Assembly (NCBI GenBank): GCA_026129525.1
Contig: JAHCHW010000010.1
Span: 68,840 to 132,839 of the forward strand
Direction: 5' to 3'
DNA length: 64,000 nucleotides
Source: Chitinophagales bacterium
Lineage (GTDB): Bacteria > Bacteroidota > Bacteroidia > Chitinophagales > LD1
The notes under the pieces were generated by a model that had not been told where the DNA came from, did no database searches, and was given only the letters and a program-made list of their open reading frames with translations. Position numbers and translations under genes: made by a program. How positions within the stretch are numbered: position 1 is the stretch's first letter; every line of letters begins with the position of its first letter. Below are positions 39,586-48,232 of this stretch, in pieces.

Positions 39586-41195
39586 ACCTCTTGTTGCACT
39601 TTTGGTGCAGCGTTCAAAATTTCCTGTTCTGCTTTATCGGCATACTTGCTGAAATTCTTGTTGAAAGCGGCAGCCAGTTCAGCAGCCTTAGCATCGTACT
39701 CGGCTACATCTGCCCATGTATTGCGTGGGTTGAGCACTTCATCGGGCACATTGGGGCACGAAGTTGGCATAGCTACTCCGAAAATGGGATGTATTTCGTA
39801 CATCACTTTTTCCAAATCACCGTTCAGCGCTGCTGTAATTAGCGCACGTGTATGCGGCAGGCTCATACGTTTACCAACTCCGTAAGGTCCACCGGTGTAG
39901 CCGGTATTTAACAACCATACTTGTATGTTAGCGTTACGCAGTTTTTCGCCCAACAACGAAGCATACTTTGTTGGATGCAGCGGCAGGAACGGAGCCCCGA
40001 AACAAGTGGAAAAAGTTGTTTGCGGCTCGGTAACACCGGCTTCGGTTCCGGCTACTTTAGAGGTAAAGCCCGAAAGGAAATAATACATTGCCTGCCCAAC
40101 CGTAAGTTTTGAAATGGGCGGCAACACACCAAAGGCATCGTAGGTTAAAAAGAAAATATTCTGCGGTTGACCGGCTACCGATTTTTCGAGAGCATTTTCA
40201 ATAAAATGAATTGGATACGAAACGCGGGTGTTTTCTGTTTTCTCTTTGTTGGCAAAGTCAACCGTTCTGGTTCCTTCGTAATAACCGATGTTTTCCAAAA
40301 TAGCTCCGTGGCGAATAGCTTTGTAAATATCGGGCTCTTTTTCGGCTGAAAGGTCAATACACTTGGCGTAACAACCACCCTCGAAATTGAAAACACCGGT
40401 ATGTGTCCAGCCGTGCTCATCATCGCCAATCAGCGGTCGGTTAGGGTCGGCACTTAATGTAGTTTTACCTGTTCCGCTTAAACCAAAAAACAAAGCTACA
40501 TCGCCCCCCTTGCCCACGTTAGCTGAACAATGCATGGCTAACACGTGTTTTTCGTGCGGCAGCACATAGTTGAGAACAGTAAAAATTCCTTTTTTAATTT
40601 CTCCGGTATAAGCGGTTCCGCCTATAATGGCAATTTTTTTAGTGAAGTTGAGAATGGCAAAATTGCCCTGACGAACACCGTCAAGAGCACCATCGCATTT
40701 AAAACCGGGCGCCTGAATAACATGCCAATCGGGTTGTATGGTGCTTAGTTCTTCAGCATCGGGGCGCAAAAACATGTTGTAAGCAAACATATTTGCCCAC
40801 GGATATTCGGTAACAACGCGAACATTAAGGCGGAAAGCATCATCGGCACAGGCGTAGCAATCGCGCACAAACACTTCTTTGCCGCTTAAGTAGTTTACTA
40901 CTTTGTTGTAAAGATTATCGAACACTGCGGGTTCAACAGGCAGGTTAAAACCGCCCCAATCCACCGAGTCTTTCGTTTGTTCATCTTTTACAATAAACTT
41001 ATCCTTGGGCGCACGACCTGTAAATTCTCCGGTATCAACTGCCAAAGCACCGGTATCGCTAAGCGTTCCCTGATTTCTGCGAATAGTTTCTTCAACTAAT
41101 TCTTCGGGCGTTAAGTTCCAGTATTGTTTGGGGGTGTTTTTTATTCCCAGTGTTTCGAGGTTGGCATTCGGGTTCTTCGGACCTACAACATTCAT
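39582..41195 (-). CDS. pckA: Phosphoenolpyruvate carboxykinase (ATP)
   Basis: Start at ATG 41195 (MNVVGPKN...). Kinase-1a GLSGTGKTTLS plus other PckA blocks. Confidence 0.95.
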   Translation of the reverse strand: MNVVGPKNPNANLETLGIKNTPKQYWNLTPEELVEETIRRNQGTLSDTGALAVDTGEFTGRAPKDKFIVKDEQTKDSVDWGGFNLPVEPAVFDNLYNKVVNYLSGKEVFVRDCYACADDAFRLNVRVVTEYPWANMFAYNMFLRPDAEELSTIQPDWHVIQAPGFKCDGALDGVRQGNFAILNFTKKIAIIGGTAYTGEIKKGIFTVLNYVLPHEKHVLAMHCSANVGKGGDVALFFGLSGTGKTTLSADPNRPLIGDDEHGWTHTGVFNFEGGCYAKCIDLSAEKEPDIYKAIRHGAILENIGYYEGTRTVDFANKEKTENTRVSYPIHFIENALEKSVAGQPQNIFFLTYDAFGVLPPISKLTVGQAMYYFLSGFTSKVAGTEAGVTEPQTTFSTCFGAPFLPLHPTKYASLLGEKLRNANIQVWLLNTGYTGGPYGVGKRMSLPHTRALITAALNGDLEKVMYEIHPIFGVAMPTSCPNVPDEVLNPRNTWADVAEYDAKAAELAAAFNKNFSKYADKAEQEILNAAPKVQQEV

Positions 41196-41356
41196 CGGTG
41201 CATCTTTTAATGGCAAAAAAGAAACCTGCCTTTTTCAGCAGGGTGCAAATGTAACCCAAGAAATGAAAGCTAAAAAGGGTTTTTAACAAGGTTGACGATA
41301 CTCATATTAAGGCGTGGATAACATTTAGCCGGCAGTAAGGAAACTTTGCGGTTTAC

Positions 41357-42604
41357 GTGCGGAAAACGATTTTTACCGCCAATCGAAAAAAATTGACACA
41401 ACAGCAGTTCCTTAAACATTTAAAGAATTTTCGCCTGAACGGGAACGGCTCGGCAACGCAGCAATCTGTTTTTGCAAAGGCCGGAAAACGGTACCCGGTT
41501 TACATAAACGAGTTTTGGACTTCGAAACAACGACAGGCAAATTCGCTGCATGAAGTTTCGTACCGGGCATGTTTTAAGCCCCAGCTACCGCATTTTTTTA
41601 TTGGGCTGCTTACGAACGAGGGCGATACTGTTTATGACCCGTTTAACGGCAGAGGCACCACTATTATAGAAGCTGCTTTGATGGGAAGAAATGTGGCAGC
41701 GAACGATGTAAATCCGCTCAGTTTAATGTTGAGCGAGCCGCGCATAAACATACCTGAACTGAAAGAAGTGGAGAAGCGACTTGCATCTATTCAGTTTGAA
41801 AAGAAATTGAAAGCGGATATTGATCTAAGTATGTTTTATCATCCTGATACGGAAAGTGAAATTGTTTCGCTAAGGCATTACCTGAAGAACAAAAGAAAAC
41901 CCGATAAGGTTGACAACTGGATTCGCATGGTGGCTACCAATCGCCTAACCGGCCATTCCAAAGGTTTTTTTTCGGTTTATACTCTACCTCCAAATCAGGC
42001 TGTAAGTGCAGAGCGTCAGAAAAAAATCAATAAAGCAAGAAAGCAAAAACCTGAATACAGAAATGTAAAGGAGTTAATACTTCGAAAATCGAAGCAATTG
42101 CTTTCGCAGATTGATAATGAAACCAGAGGCAAACTTCGGCAGGTGAAATGCAACACCTATAATACCGATGCTTCGGCAACCAAAGCAATAGCCGACAATA
42201 GTATTGCATTAACCGTTACTTCTCCACCGTTTTTGGATATTGTGCAGTATGCTTCCGATAACTGGCTGCGGTGCTGGTTTAATAACATTGATGTAAAGCA
42301 AGTGGAAAAGAAAATTACCATGAGCAAAACGGTGGAAGACTGGGCAAACAAAATGCAGCAAGTGTTTAACGAACTCTTTCGGATAACAAAGAAAGATGGC
42401 ACTGTGGCTTTTGAAGTTGGCGAAGTACATAAAGGCAAAACAAGATTGGAAGAAGTTGTGGTTGACGTGGGTCTTAACGCAGGTTTTGCTTGCAGTTGCA
42501 TTCTCATCAATCAACAACAGTTCACCAAAACTTCGAACATTTGGGGCGTTAGCAACAACGCCTCGGGCACTAATTCTAACCGTATTGTGGTGTTCAGAAA
42601 ATGA
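41357..42604 (+). CDS. Orphan DNA methyltransferase (N4-C/N6-A amino-MTase type, SPPF catalytic motif)
   Basis: 415 aa. AdoMet motif I VYDPFNGRGTT near residue 90 and catalytic motif IV TSPPF near residue 290. Starts with GTG, and there is no in-frame ATG near the 5' end. No neighbouring nuclease gene. Confidence 0.7.
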   Translation: MRKTIFTANRKKLTQQQFLKHLKNFRLNGNGSATQQSVFAKAGKRYPVYINEFWTSKQRQANSLHEVSYRACFKPQLPHFFIGLLTNEGDTVYDPFNGRGTTIIEAALMGRNVAANDVNPLSLMLSEPRINIPELKEVEKRLASIQFEKKLKADIDLSMFYHPDTESEIVSLRHYLKNKRKPDKVDNWIRMVATNRLTGHSKGFFSVYTLPPNQAVSAERQKKINKARKQKPEYRNVKELILRKSKQLLSQIDNETRGKLRQVKCNTYNTDASATKAIADNSIALTVTSPPFLDIVQYASDNWLRCWFNNIDVKQVEKKITMSKTVEDWANKMQQVFNELFRITKKDGTVAFEVGEVHKGKTRLEEVVVDVGLNAGFACSCILINQQQFTKTSNIWGVSNNASGTNSNRIVVFRK

Positions 42605-42652
42605 GGGATGCCATTCGCCCTGTGCATCCATTAACTTTACTTTCTTCGCAGT

Positions 42653-43888
42653 ATGCAGGATAAAGGACGGTTAAATCCTACGTTGGCGGTTTTCATTACC
42701 ATTTTTATTGACTTGCTCGGCATTGGCATCATTATTCCTGTTTTTGCTCCGCTGATTATCGAAAACAAACATGGGATGATGCCCGCAGCAATGAGCGAGG
42801 CTACACGCAATTTTTTTTACGGCATTCTTACCGCCACCTATCCTTTCTTCCAGTTTTTTGGTGCGCCCATACTGGGAACATTGGCCGACAAATACGGGCG
42901 CAAAAAGATTTTACAGTTTTCATTATTCGGTACGTTGGTGGGTTATGTGCTGTTTGCGCTTAGTATTCAGTTCAGCATATTCTGGTTGTTATTTCTTGCC
43001 CGCGCCATTCCCGGTTTTATGGGGGGCAATATTTCAATAGTTACGGCTGCATTAGCAGATATTTCGAAACCTGAAGAGCGTGCCAAAAACTTCGGTTTGA
43101 TAGGCATGGCATTCGGCTTGGGTTTTATATTGGGACCTTTTCTTGGCGGTGTTTTGAGCAGCAGTGATGTTTGCCGCTTTTTTGATTACTCCACACCTCT
43201 TTGGTTTACGGCATTGCTCACCACCATCAATATTTACTATGTAAAAAAGCAGTTTCCCGAAACTTTTAAGCCCGGTGCTGCAGGCGAGGTGTCGTTGTTT
43301 ACGGGCATCAATAATGTGCGGAGGGCTTTCGGTATGGTGAACATGCGCGTAATACTGCTTACTATTTTTCTGCAAAGTTTTGCCTTCAGCTTTTTTATGC
43401 AGTTTAATCAGGTGTTTCTCATTAAAAAATTTCGGTTCGATGAAAAGCAAATTGGCTTGCTATTCGGTTACATTGGTTTATGGATTGCATTTACCCAAGG
43501 AGTAATTATTAGGCGTATTGCAAATCGGTTTGCTCCGCATCAAATACTTCGTGTTTCGTTGTTCGGTTTGGCAGTAACCATTCTCATTATTTTGCTACCG
43601 CCCGAGCCGTGGATGCTGTATCTTATCAATCCGTTCATAGCCATTTTTCAGGGGTTAACCCAACCCAACCAAACCAGTATTGTTTCAACACTTACGCCAC
43701 CTGAAAACCAAGGAGAGATATTGGGCATGCAACAAAGCATTGCTTCGCTTGCATTTACGTTTCCACCTTTGATTGCGGGGGTGTTGGTTTCGTTCGATTT
43801 CCGATTACCGCTTATTGCCTCTGCTTTTATTATGCTGCTGGCTTGGATGAATTTCTTTTTCAGGTATAAGGCAAAGCCGCAAACTTAA
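42653..43888 (+). CDS. MFS transporter (drug:H+ antiporter / TetA-like)
   Basis: 411 aa, about 12 TM helices, MFS motif GTLADKYGRKK. Confidence 0.8.
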   Translation: MQDKGRLNPTLAVFITIFIDLLGIGIIIPVFAPLIIENKHGMMPAAMSEATRNFFYGILTATYPFFQFFGAPILGTLADKYGRKKILQFSLFGTLVGYVLFALSIQFSIFWLLFLARAIPGFMGGNISIVTAALADISKPEERAKNFGLIGMAFGLGFILGPFLGGVLSSSDVCRFFDYSTPLWFTALLTTINIYYVKKQFPETFKPGAAGEVSLFTGINNVRRAFGMVNMRVILLTIFLQSFAFSFFMQFNQVFLIKKFRFDEKQIGLLFGYIGLWIAFTQGVIIRRIANRFAPHQILRVSLFGLAVTILIILLPPEPWMLYLINPFIAIFQGLTQPNQTSIVSTLTPPENQGEILGMQQSIASLAFTFPPLIAGVLVSFDFRLPLIASAFIMLLAWMNFFFRYKAKPQT

Positions 43889-44562
43889 CTGCTTAGTTGC
43901 TTAGAAATTATTTCATAGGCGCGTTGTATTTCTCTGAATTTTCGGGCAGCATCCGCTTCACTTGCTTTGTTTTTTACTTTATCGGGGTGGTATTTTAAAA
44001 TCATTTTGCGGTAAGCGCTTTTTACTTTTTCTATGGAAACGCCTTCTTCTACTCCGAGTAAAATGTAGGGATTGTGTTTTGCAGCAAAGGTTTCCCTCAC
44101 TAACTGAAAATCATCGGTTGTTACGTCCAGATAACCGCTTATGCGTTGCAGGCATCGTAATTCTTTAGGGTTGATAAAATCATCGGAAGCAGCAATGCCA
44201 AACAGAAAGTGAACAATGTTTACCCGCGAATGGTATGTAGTGAGCAACTTTAACTCTTTGCAGGCAATTTTTGTAAACGGCTCGGTGCCTATTTCGATAT
44301 GATTGGTAATATGCTTTAAGCGTTGCCGCTTGCGAACAGCACCAAACTGTTGTTCTAAGTAATCCTGAAAATGCTTTTCGGTTTCGGTGGTGAAATTATT
44401 GTTGCAGCGCACAACGGCTGCCGCCAATACAATAACCGAGTTTTCTATTTCGGACTGATGTGCTTGCTGAAGGGGGGTAAGTTTTTCGCGCTTCTCTCTC
44501 TCTTCACTTATCAGTTTCGAAACAGATTCAATCAGGTTAGTAAACGAAAATCGGTTTGCCAT
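43885..44562 (-). CDS. J-domain protein with a TerB-like N-terminal domain (DjlA-like, no TM)
   Basis: 225 aa. C-terminal J domain (NPYILLGVEEGVSIEKVKSAYRKMILKYHPDK). Confidence 0.7.
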   Translation of the reverse strand: MANRFSFTNLIESVSKLISEEREKREKLTPLQQAHQSEIENSVIVLAAAVVRCNNNFTTETEKHFQDYLEQQFGAVRKRQRLKHITNHIEIGTEPFTKIACKELKLLTTYHSRVNIVHFLFGIAASDDFINPKELRCLQRISGYLDVTTDDFQLVRETFAAKHNPYILLGVEEGVSIEKVKSAYRKMILKYHPDKVKNKASEADAARKFREIQRAYEIISKQLSS

Positions 44563-44598
44563 TGAAATGTGAGTTTACTGCCGGCTGCAAAGCAGTAG

Positions 44599-45003
44599 TT
44601 ACTTAACCATTTTCATTATCTCATCCCACTCATCTTTTGTAACGGGTTGTACACTCAAACGGCTTATTCGCACCAGCGCCATTTGGGCTAATTTTTTATT
44701 GGCTTTTACTTCCATAAGCGTTACGGGGCGTTTTATGTCGCATACATACTTTACATCTACCCAAACCCATGGTTCGGTGGTGGTTGGGTCTTGGTAGTGT
44801 TCTTTTACTACTTCAACAATACCCACAATTGAAGGTTCGCCATTCATACTTTCGTAAAAGAAACACCAATCGCCTTTTTTCATGCTTTTGAGATGATTGC
44901 GGGCAGCGTAGTTATGCACTCCGTCCCAGTGGGTTTTCTTGTCCTTCTTCATCCGTTCAAACGAATACGTTTCGGGGTCTGATTTTATAAGCCAGTAGTT
45001 CAT
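44599..45003 (-). CDS. EVE (PUA-like) domain protein
   Basis: 134 aa, MNYWLIKSDPETYSFERMKKDKKTHWDGVHNYAARNHLKSMKKGDWCFFYES. Confidence 0.8.
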   Translation of the reverse strand: MNYWLIKSDPETYSFERMKKDKKTHWDGVHNYAARNHLKSMKKGDWCFFYESMNGEPSIVGIVEVVKEHYQDPTTTEPWVWVDVKYVCDIKRPVTLMEVKANKKLAQMALVRISRLSVQPVTKDEWDEIMKMVK

Positions 45004-45057
45004 GATTTTGAAAATTGTGGCGAAAAGTAAGGAGAAAAAGTGGAGCTAAAAGCCTTA

Positions 45058-45399
45058 TCAACGCTTTACTTCTTGCTGATAAAAATGTCCGGTTTCCTGA
45101 AGATAGGCGAGAATGAGATGCACCACGCGTTCAATTTTGTTTTTAGGCAACACTACATCAAAGTTGTTGCGGATGCTTTCCACCACATGTTTTACCAGCT
45201 CTTCTTCGTGTATGAGTTCACCGGCAGAGGCATCCCACTTTTCAATAAAAGCATTTAGAATGGAGTATGCTTCATCTTCCGAAATGTGAAATTCAATGTA
45301 TTTGTAAATGAATTTTACGGTATCGAAATACTCGGGCTTGCCGGTTTTAGGCGGGTTCCAGTTATCGAGGACTGAACTCATAGTGCCGAAAATACGCAT
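45058..45399 (-). CDS. Hypothetical protein
   Basis: 113 aa, acidic and predicted helical, with no motif I recognise. Packed between the UDG-like and EVE genes. Confidence 0.45.
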   Translation of the reverse strand: MRIFGTMSSVLDNWNPPKTGKPEYFDTVKFIYKYIEFHISEDEAYSILNAFIEKWDASAGELIHEEELVKHVVESIRNNFDVVLPKNKIERVVHLILAYLQETGHFYQQEVKR

Positions 45400-45405
45400 T
45401 GGGGC

Positions 45406-46002
45406 TTACTTTGGCAAATGGCTGCGGTATTGTTCCAGCGCCTGTTTATATCTGCCAATGTTTAAGCCCGATGTTGAGTAAAGTGTGTGTGTAGTGATTA
45501 CACGCCCATCTACTATAAAACTGCCTTCAATTGGCGGCTTACTTTGCAATACTTTAAGCACAATGTTGTTTTGCGACAGATGTTCAGCAAAGACAGTATG
45601 TGCATTTACCTTTCCGGAACTGCCTGTTAGAATAACAGTTTGAATGGATGGATTTTCCCGCAACAGTTTCAGCACATTCATTTTTTCTACAACGACCAAA
45701 TCGCTGTCTTTCGAACTCCCTGCTACTTTTCTGCTGCATGAATAAATGGTATCGGATAAGGCAATTCGTTTATCGGCACATAATTGCAGCCTTTCGTGTG
45801 CAGCCTCCTCTCCTTTTGTGTGCTGAAACTTTACTGAGTAAATTTCGGCAAGCATTCGCCAAAAGAAGTTTGCCCTGCCCGGATAAAATGTTTTGAACTG
45901 CCAATGGCGCTTGTGTGTAGGAAAACTGCCTAACACCAAGTGTGTGGCTTTGGCAGGAATAAAATTCCCGAAGGGATGAATTTCGATTTCGGGAGCGGTC
46001 AT
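45406..46002 (-). CDS. Uracil-DNA glycosylase superfamily protein (resembles family 6 / deoxyinosine glycosylase)
   Basis: 198 aa. HPFGNFIPAKATHLVLGSFP...FYPGRANFFWRML resembles the HDG-type motifs. Subfamily is from memory only. Confidence 0.55.
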   Translation of the reverse strand: MTAPEIEIHPFGNFIPAKATHLVLGSFPTHKRHWQFKTFYPGRANFFWRMLAEIYSVKFQHTKGEEAAHERLQLCADKRIALSDTIYSCSRKVAGSSKDSDLVVVEKMNVLKLLRENPSIQTVILTGSSGKVNAHTVFAEHLSQNNIVLKVLQSKPPIEGSFIVDGRVITTHTLYSTSGLNIGRYKQALEQYRSHLPK

Positions 46003-46009
46003 TTGAGCA

Positions 46010-47641
46010 TTACTCTTTCTCCAAGAAAGGATAACGATAATTAACCGGAGGAACGAAAGTTTCCTTAATAGTGCGGGGCGATACCCAGCGCAGCAGGTTA
46101 ATCATGCTGCCGGCTTTATCGTTAGTGCCCGAGCCGCGCGCTCCGCCAAACGGCTGCTGACCAACTACTGCGCCTGTAGGCTTATCGTTGATGTAAAAGT
46201 TCCCGGCAGCGTTTTGCAGCCTCTTCGTAGCTGTTTCAATGGCGTAGCGGTCTTGTGCTATAATGGAACCTGTGAGGGCATAAATAGAGGTGGAATCAAG
46301 TAGGTCTAAAGTTTTTTCAAAGTCGGCATCTTCGTACACATACACGGTAAGTATTGGTCCAAACAACTCTTCGCACATGGTTACATACTTAGGGTCTTTT
46401 GCTTGTATAATAGTAGGCTCAATGAAGTAGCCCTTGCTTTTATCGTAGTTGCCTCCTGCAATTACTTTGGCATCTTTCGATTTTTTTGCGGCATCAATAA
46501 ACGAAGCGAGTTTGTCGAAACTCTTTTCATCAATTACCGCGTTAATAAAGTTGCCAAAATCTTCGGTGCCGCCCATTTTCATGCTCTTTAAATCAGCCTG
46601 TACTAATTCCATTACCGGTTTAAACAAACTCTTTGGAATATAAGCCCGCGATGCTGCCGAGCATTTTTGCCCTTGATACTCGAATGCCCCGCGCGAAATA
46701 GCCGTGGCTAACACGTTTACATCAGCCGAAGGGTGCGCCATAATAAAATCCTTGCCGCCTGTTTCGCCTACAATGCGCGGGTAGGTTTTATACAGGTGAA
46801 TGTTGTTGCCTATGTTTTTCCAAATGTCCTGAAATACGCCCGTGCTGCCTGTAAAGTGAATGCCGGCAAAATCGGGATGCTTAAAAATAACATCAGCCGC
46901 ATCAGGACCGCTCGGGTAGATAAGATTGATAACTCCATCGGGCACACCGGCCTCGCGGAAAATTTTCATGAGCACATAAGCCGAATACACTTGTGTGTTC
47001 GATGGTTTCCACACCACCACATTGCCCATCATGGCGCAACTGGTTGGCAGGTTGCCGGCAATAGCCGTAAAGTTGAAAGGCGTAAGGGCATAAATAAAGC
47101 CCTCGAGCGGGCGCCATTCGCTGCGGTTCCAAATTCCCGCGCTGCTTTGAGGCTGCATGGAATAAATCTCCGTCATAAACTGCACGTTAAAGCGCAGGAA
47201 GTCTATGATTTCGCAAGCCGAGTCAATTTCTGCCTGAAATACATTTTTCGATTGCCCCAGCATAGTGGCGGCATTCAGTTCGGCACGGTATGGTCCGGCA
47301 ATCAGTTCAGCTGCTTTAAGAAAAATGGAAGCACGGTGCTCCCATGTCATGTTTGTCCACTTTTTACGGGCAGCCAAGGCAGCTTTTATGGCTTGTGTAA
47401 CGTGTTTCTTTTCGCTTTTGTAATAATAACCGAGCAAGTGCTTGCGGTCGTGCGGAGGATGAATAGAAGTTTTTGCACCATCGCGCACTTCGGCACTACC
47501 AATAAACATGGGAATATCGCGCACCTCTTTACGCATAGCGGCAATTTTCTCTTTCAGCGCTTTGCGCTCGGCACTGCCGGGGGCATATTGTTTAACGAGT
47601 TCGTTGTGTGCAGCGGGAACTTTAAAAAATCCTGTAGCCAT
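46010..47641 (-). CDS. pruA: L-glutamate gamma-semialdehyde (1-pyrroline-5-carboxylate) dehydrogenase
   Basis: 543 aa. Aldehyde dehydrogenase catalytic blocks (ETGGKD, GQKCSAASR). Confidence 0.9.
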   Translation of the reverse strand: MATGFFKVPAAHNELVKQYAPGSAERKALKEKIAAMRKEVRDIPMFIGSAEVRDGAKTSIHPPHDRKHLLGYYYKSEKKHVTQAIKAALAARKKWTNMTWEHRASIFLKAAELIAGPYRAELNAATMLGQSKNVFQAEIDSACEIIDFLRFNVQFMTEIYSMQPQSSAGIWNRSEWRPLEGFIYALTPFNFTAIAGNLPTSCAMMGNVVVWKPSNTQVYSAYVLMKIFREAGVPDGVINLIYPSGPDAADVIFKHPDFAGIHFTGSTGVFQDIWKNIGNNIHLYKTYPRIVGETGGKDFIMAHPSADVNVLATAISRGAFEYQGQKCSAASRAYIPKSLFKPVMELVQADLKSMKMGGTEDFGNFINAVIDEKSFDKLASFIDAAKKSKDAKVIAGGNYDKSKGYFIEPTIIQAKDPKYVTMCEELFGPILTVYVYEDADFEKTLDLLDSTSIYALTGSIIAQDRYAIETATKRLQNAAGNFYINDKPTGAVVGQQPFGGARGSGTNDKAGSMINLLRWVSPRTIKETFVPPVNYRYPFLEKE

Positions 47642-47676
47642 GTTTGAGTTAATGATTATTGGTTAATAGTTAATAG

Positions 47677-48006
47677 TTAGGCATTTATGTACTGTAGCAA
47701 TTCTCTCAGTTCTTCATCGGTAACGGTTTCCTTTTCTGATTTGTCAAATATGGAAAGAAGCACAACTTTGCGCTTTATCACTTTTACACAAGTAATTATT
47801 CTCGCTCCACCGCTTTTTCCTTTTCCTTTCGATGCAATCGACATGCGAACCTTGTAACATCCCTTTCCTAACTAAGTTCCATGCAAGGGGTCTTGCTCCA
47901 TCAAATCAAGAAAATTGGCATAATCTTTCTTTAGTGAAGGATATTTTTTAGCAAGGCGCTTTAATTCCTTCTCAAAGGGGGGTATCGTTTCAATCTTATA
48001 GCTCAT
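47677..48006 (-). pseudogene. RelE/ParE-superfamily toxin gene interrupted by a single in-frame TAG
   Basis: Hand translation: MSYKIETIPPFEKELKRLAKKYPSLKKDYANFLDLMEQDPLHGT*LGKGCYKVRMSIASKGKGKSGGARIITCVKVIKRKVVLLSIFDKSEKETVTDEELRELLQYINA. TAG at 47872-47874; same frame before and after. Confidence 0.7.
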
Positions 48007-48214
48007 CTAACAGCGCTCTTGCCGATTTGAGTTTTACTTTACCTTCCTCTTCCAATTTCATAAGGCGGAAGCCTTCTTCCAAATCTTCTTTTACTCTTCG
48101 CTTAAGTTTCTGCTTAGGCGATACTTTCAGTATCCGGATAGAGTTTTGCTTCTCCATTACTTTCAGAAAATCTTCGGCTGATTTTTTTCTTATTTCTATT
48201 GTTACCGTTTTCAT
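47996..48214 (-). CDS. Putative antitoxin partner
   Basis: 72 aa, charged. Its stop overlaps the toxin ATG (GATGAGCTATAA), the usual antitoxin-then-toxin arrangement. Confidence 0.5.
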   Translation of the reverse strand: MKTVTIEIRKKSAEDFLKVMEKQNSIRILKVSPKQKLKRRVKEDLEEGFRLMKLEEEGKVKLKSARALLDEL

Positions 48215-48232
48215 ACTCCAAAGGTAATCCTA

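Noticed and set aside
46733-47647. A 304-aa plus-strand ORF antisense to pruA, and similar long antisense ORFs (35179..35697, 30037..30456, 28821..29306, 7790..8227, 13753..14160).
   Set aside because: These are shadow ORFs opposite strongly supported genes. Their products are low-complexity or Arg/Cys-rich with no recognisable motifs.
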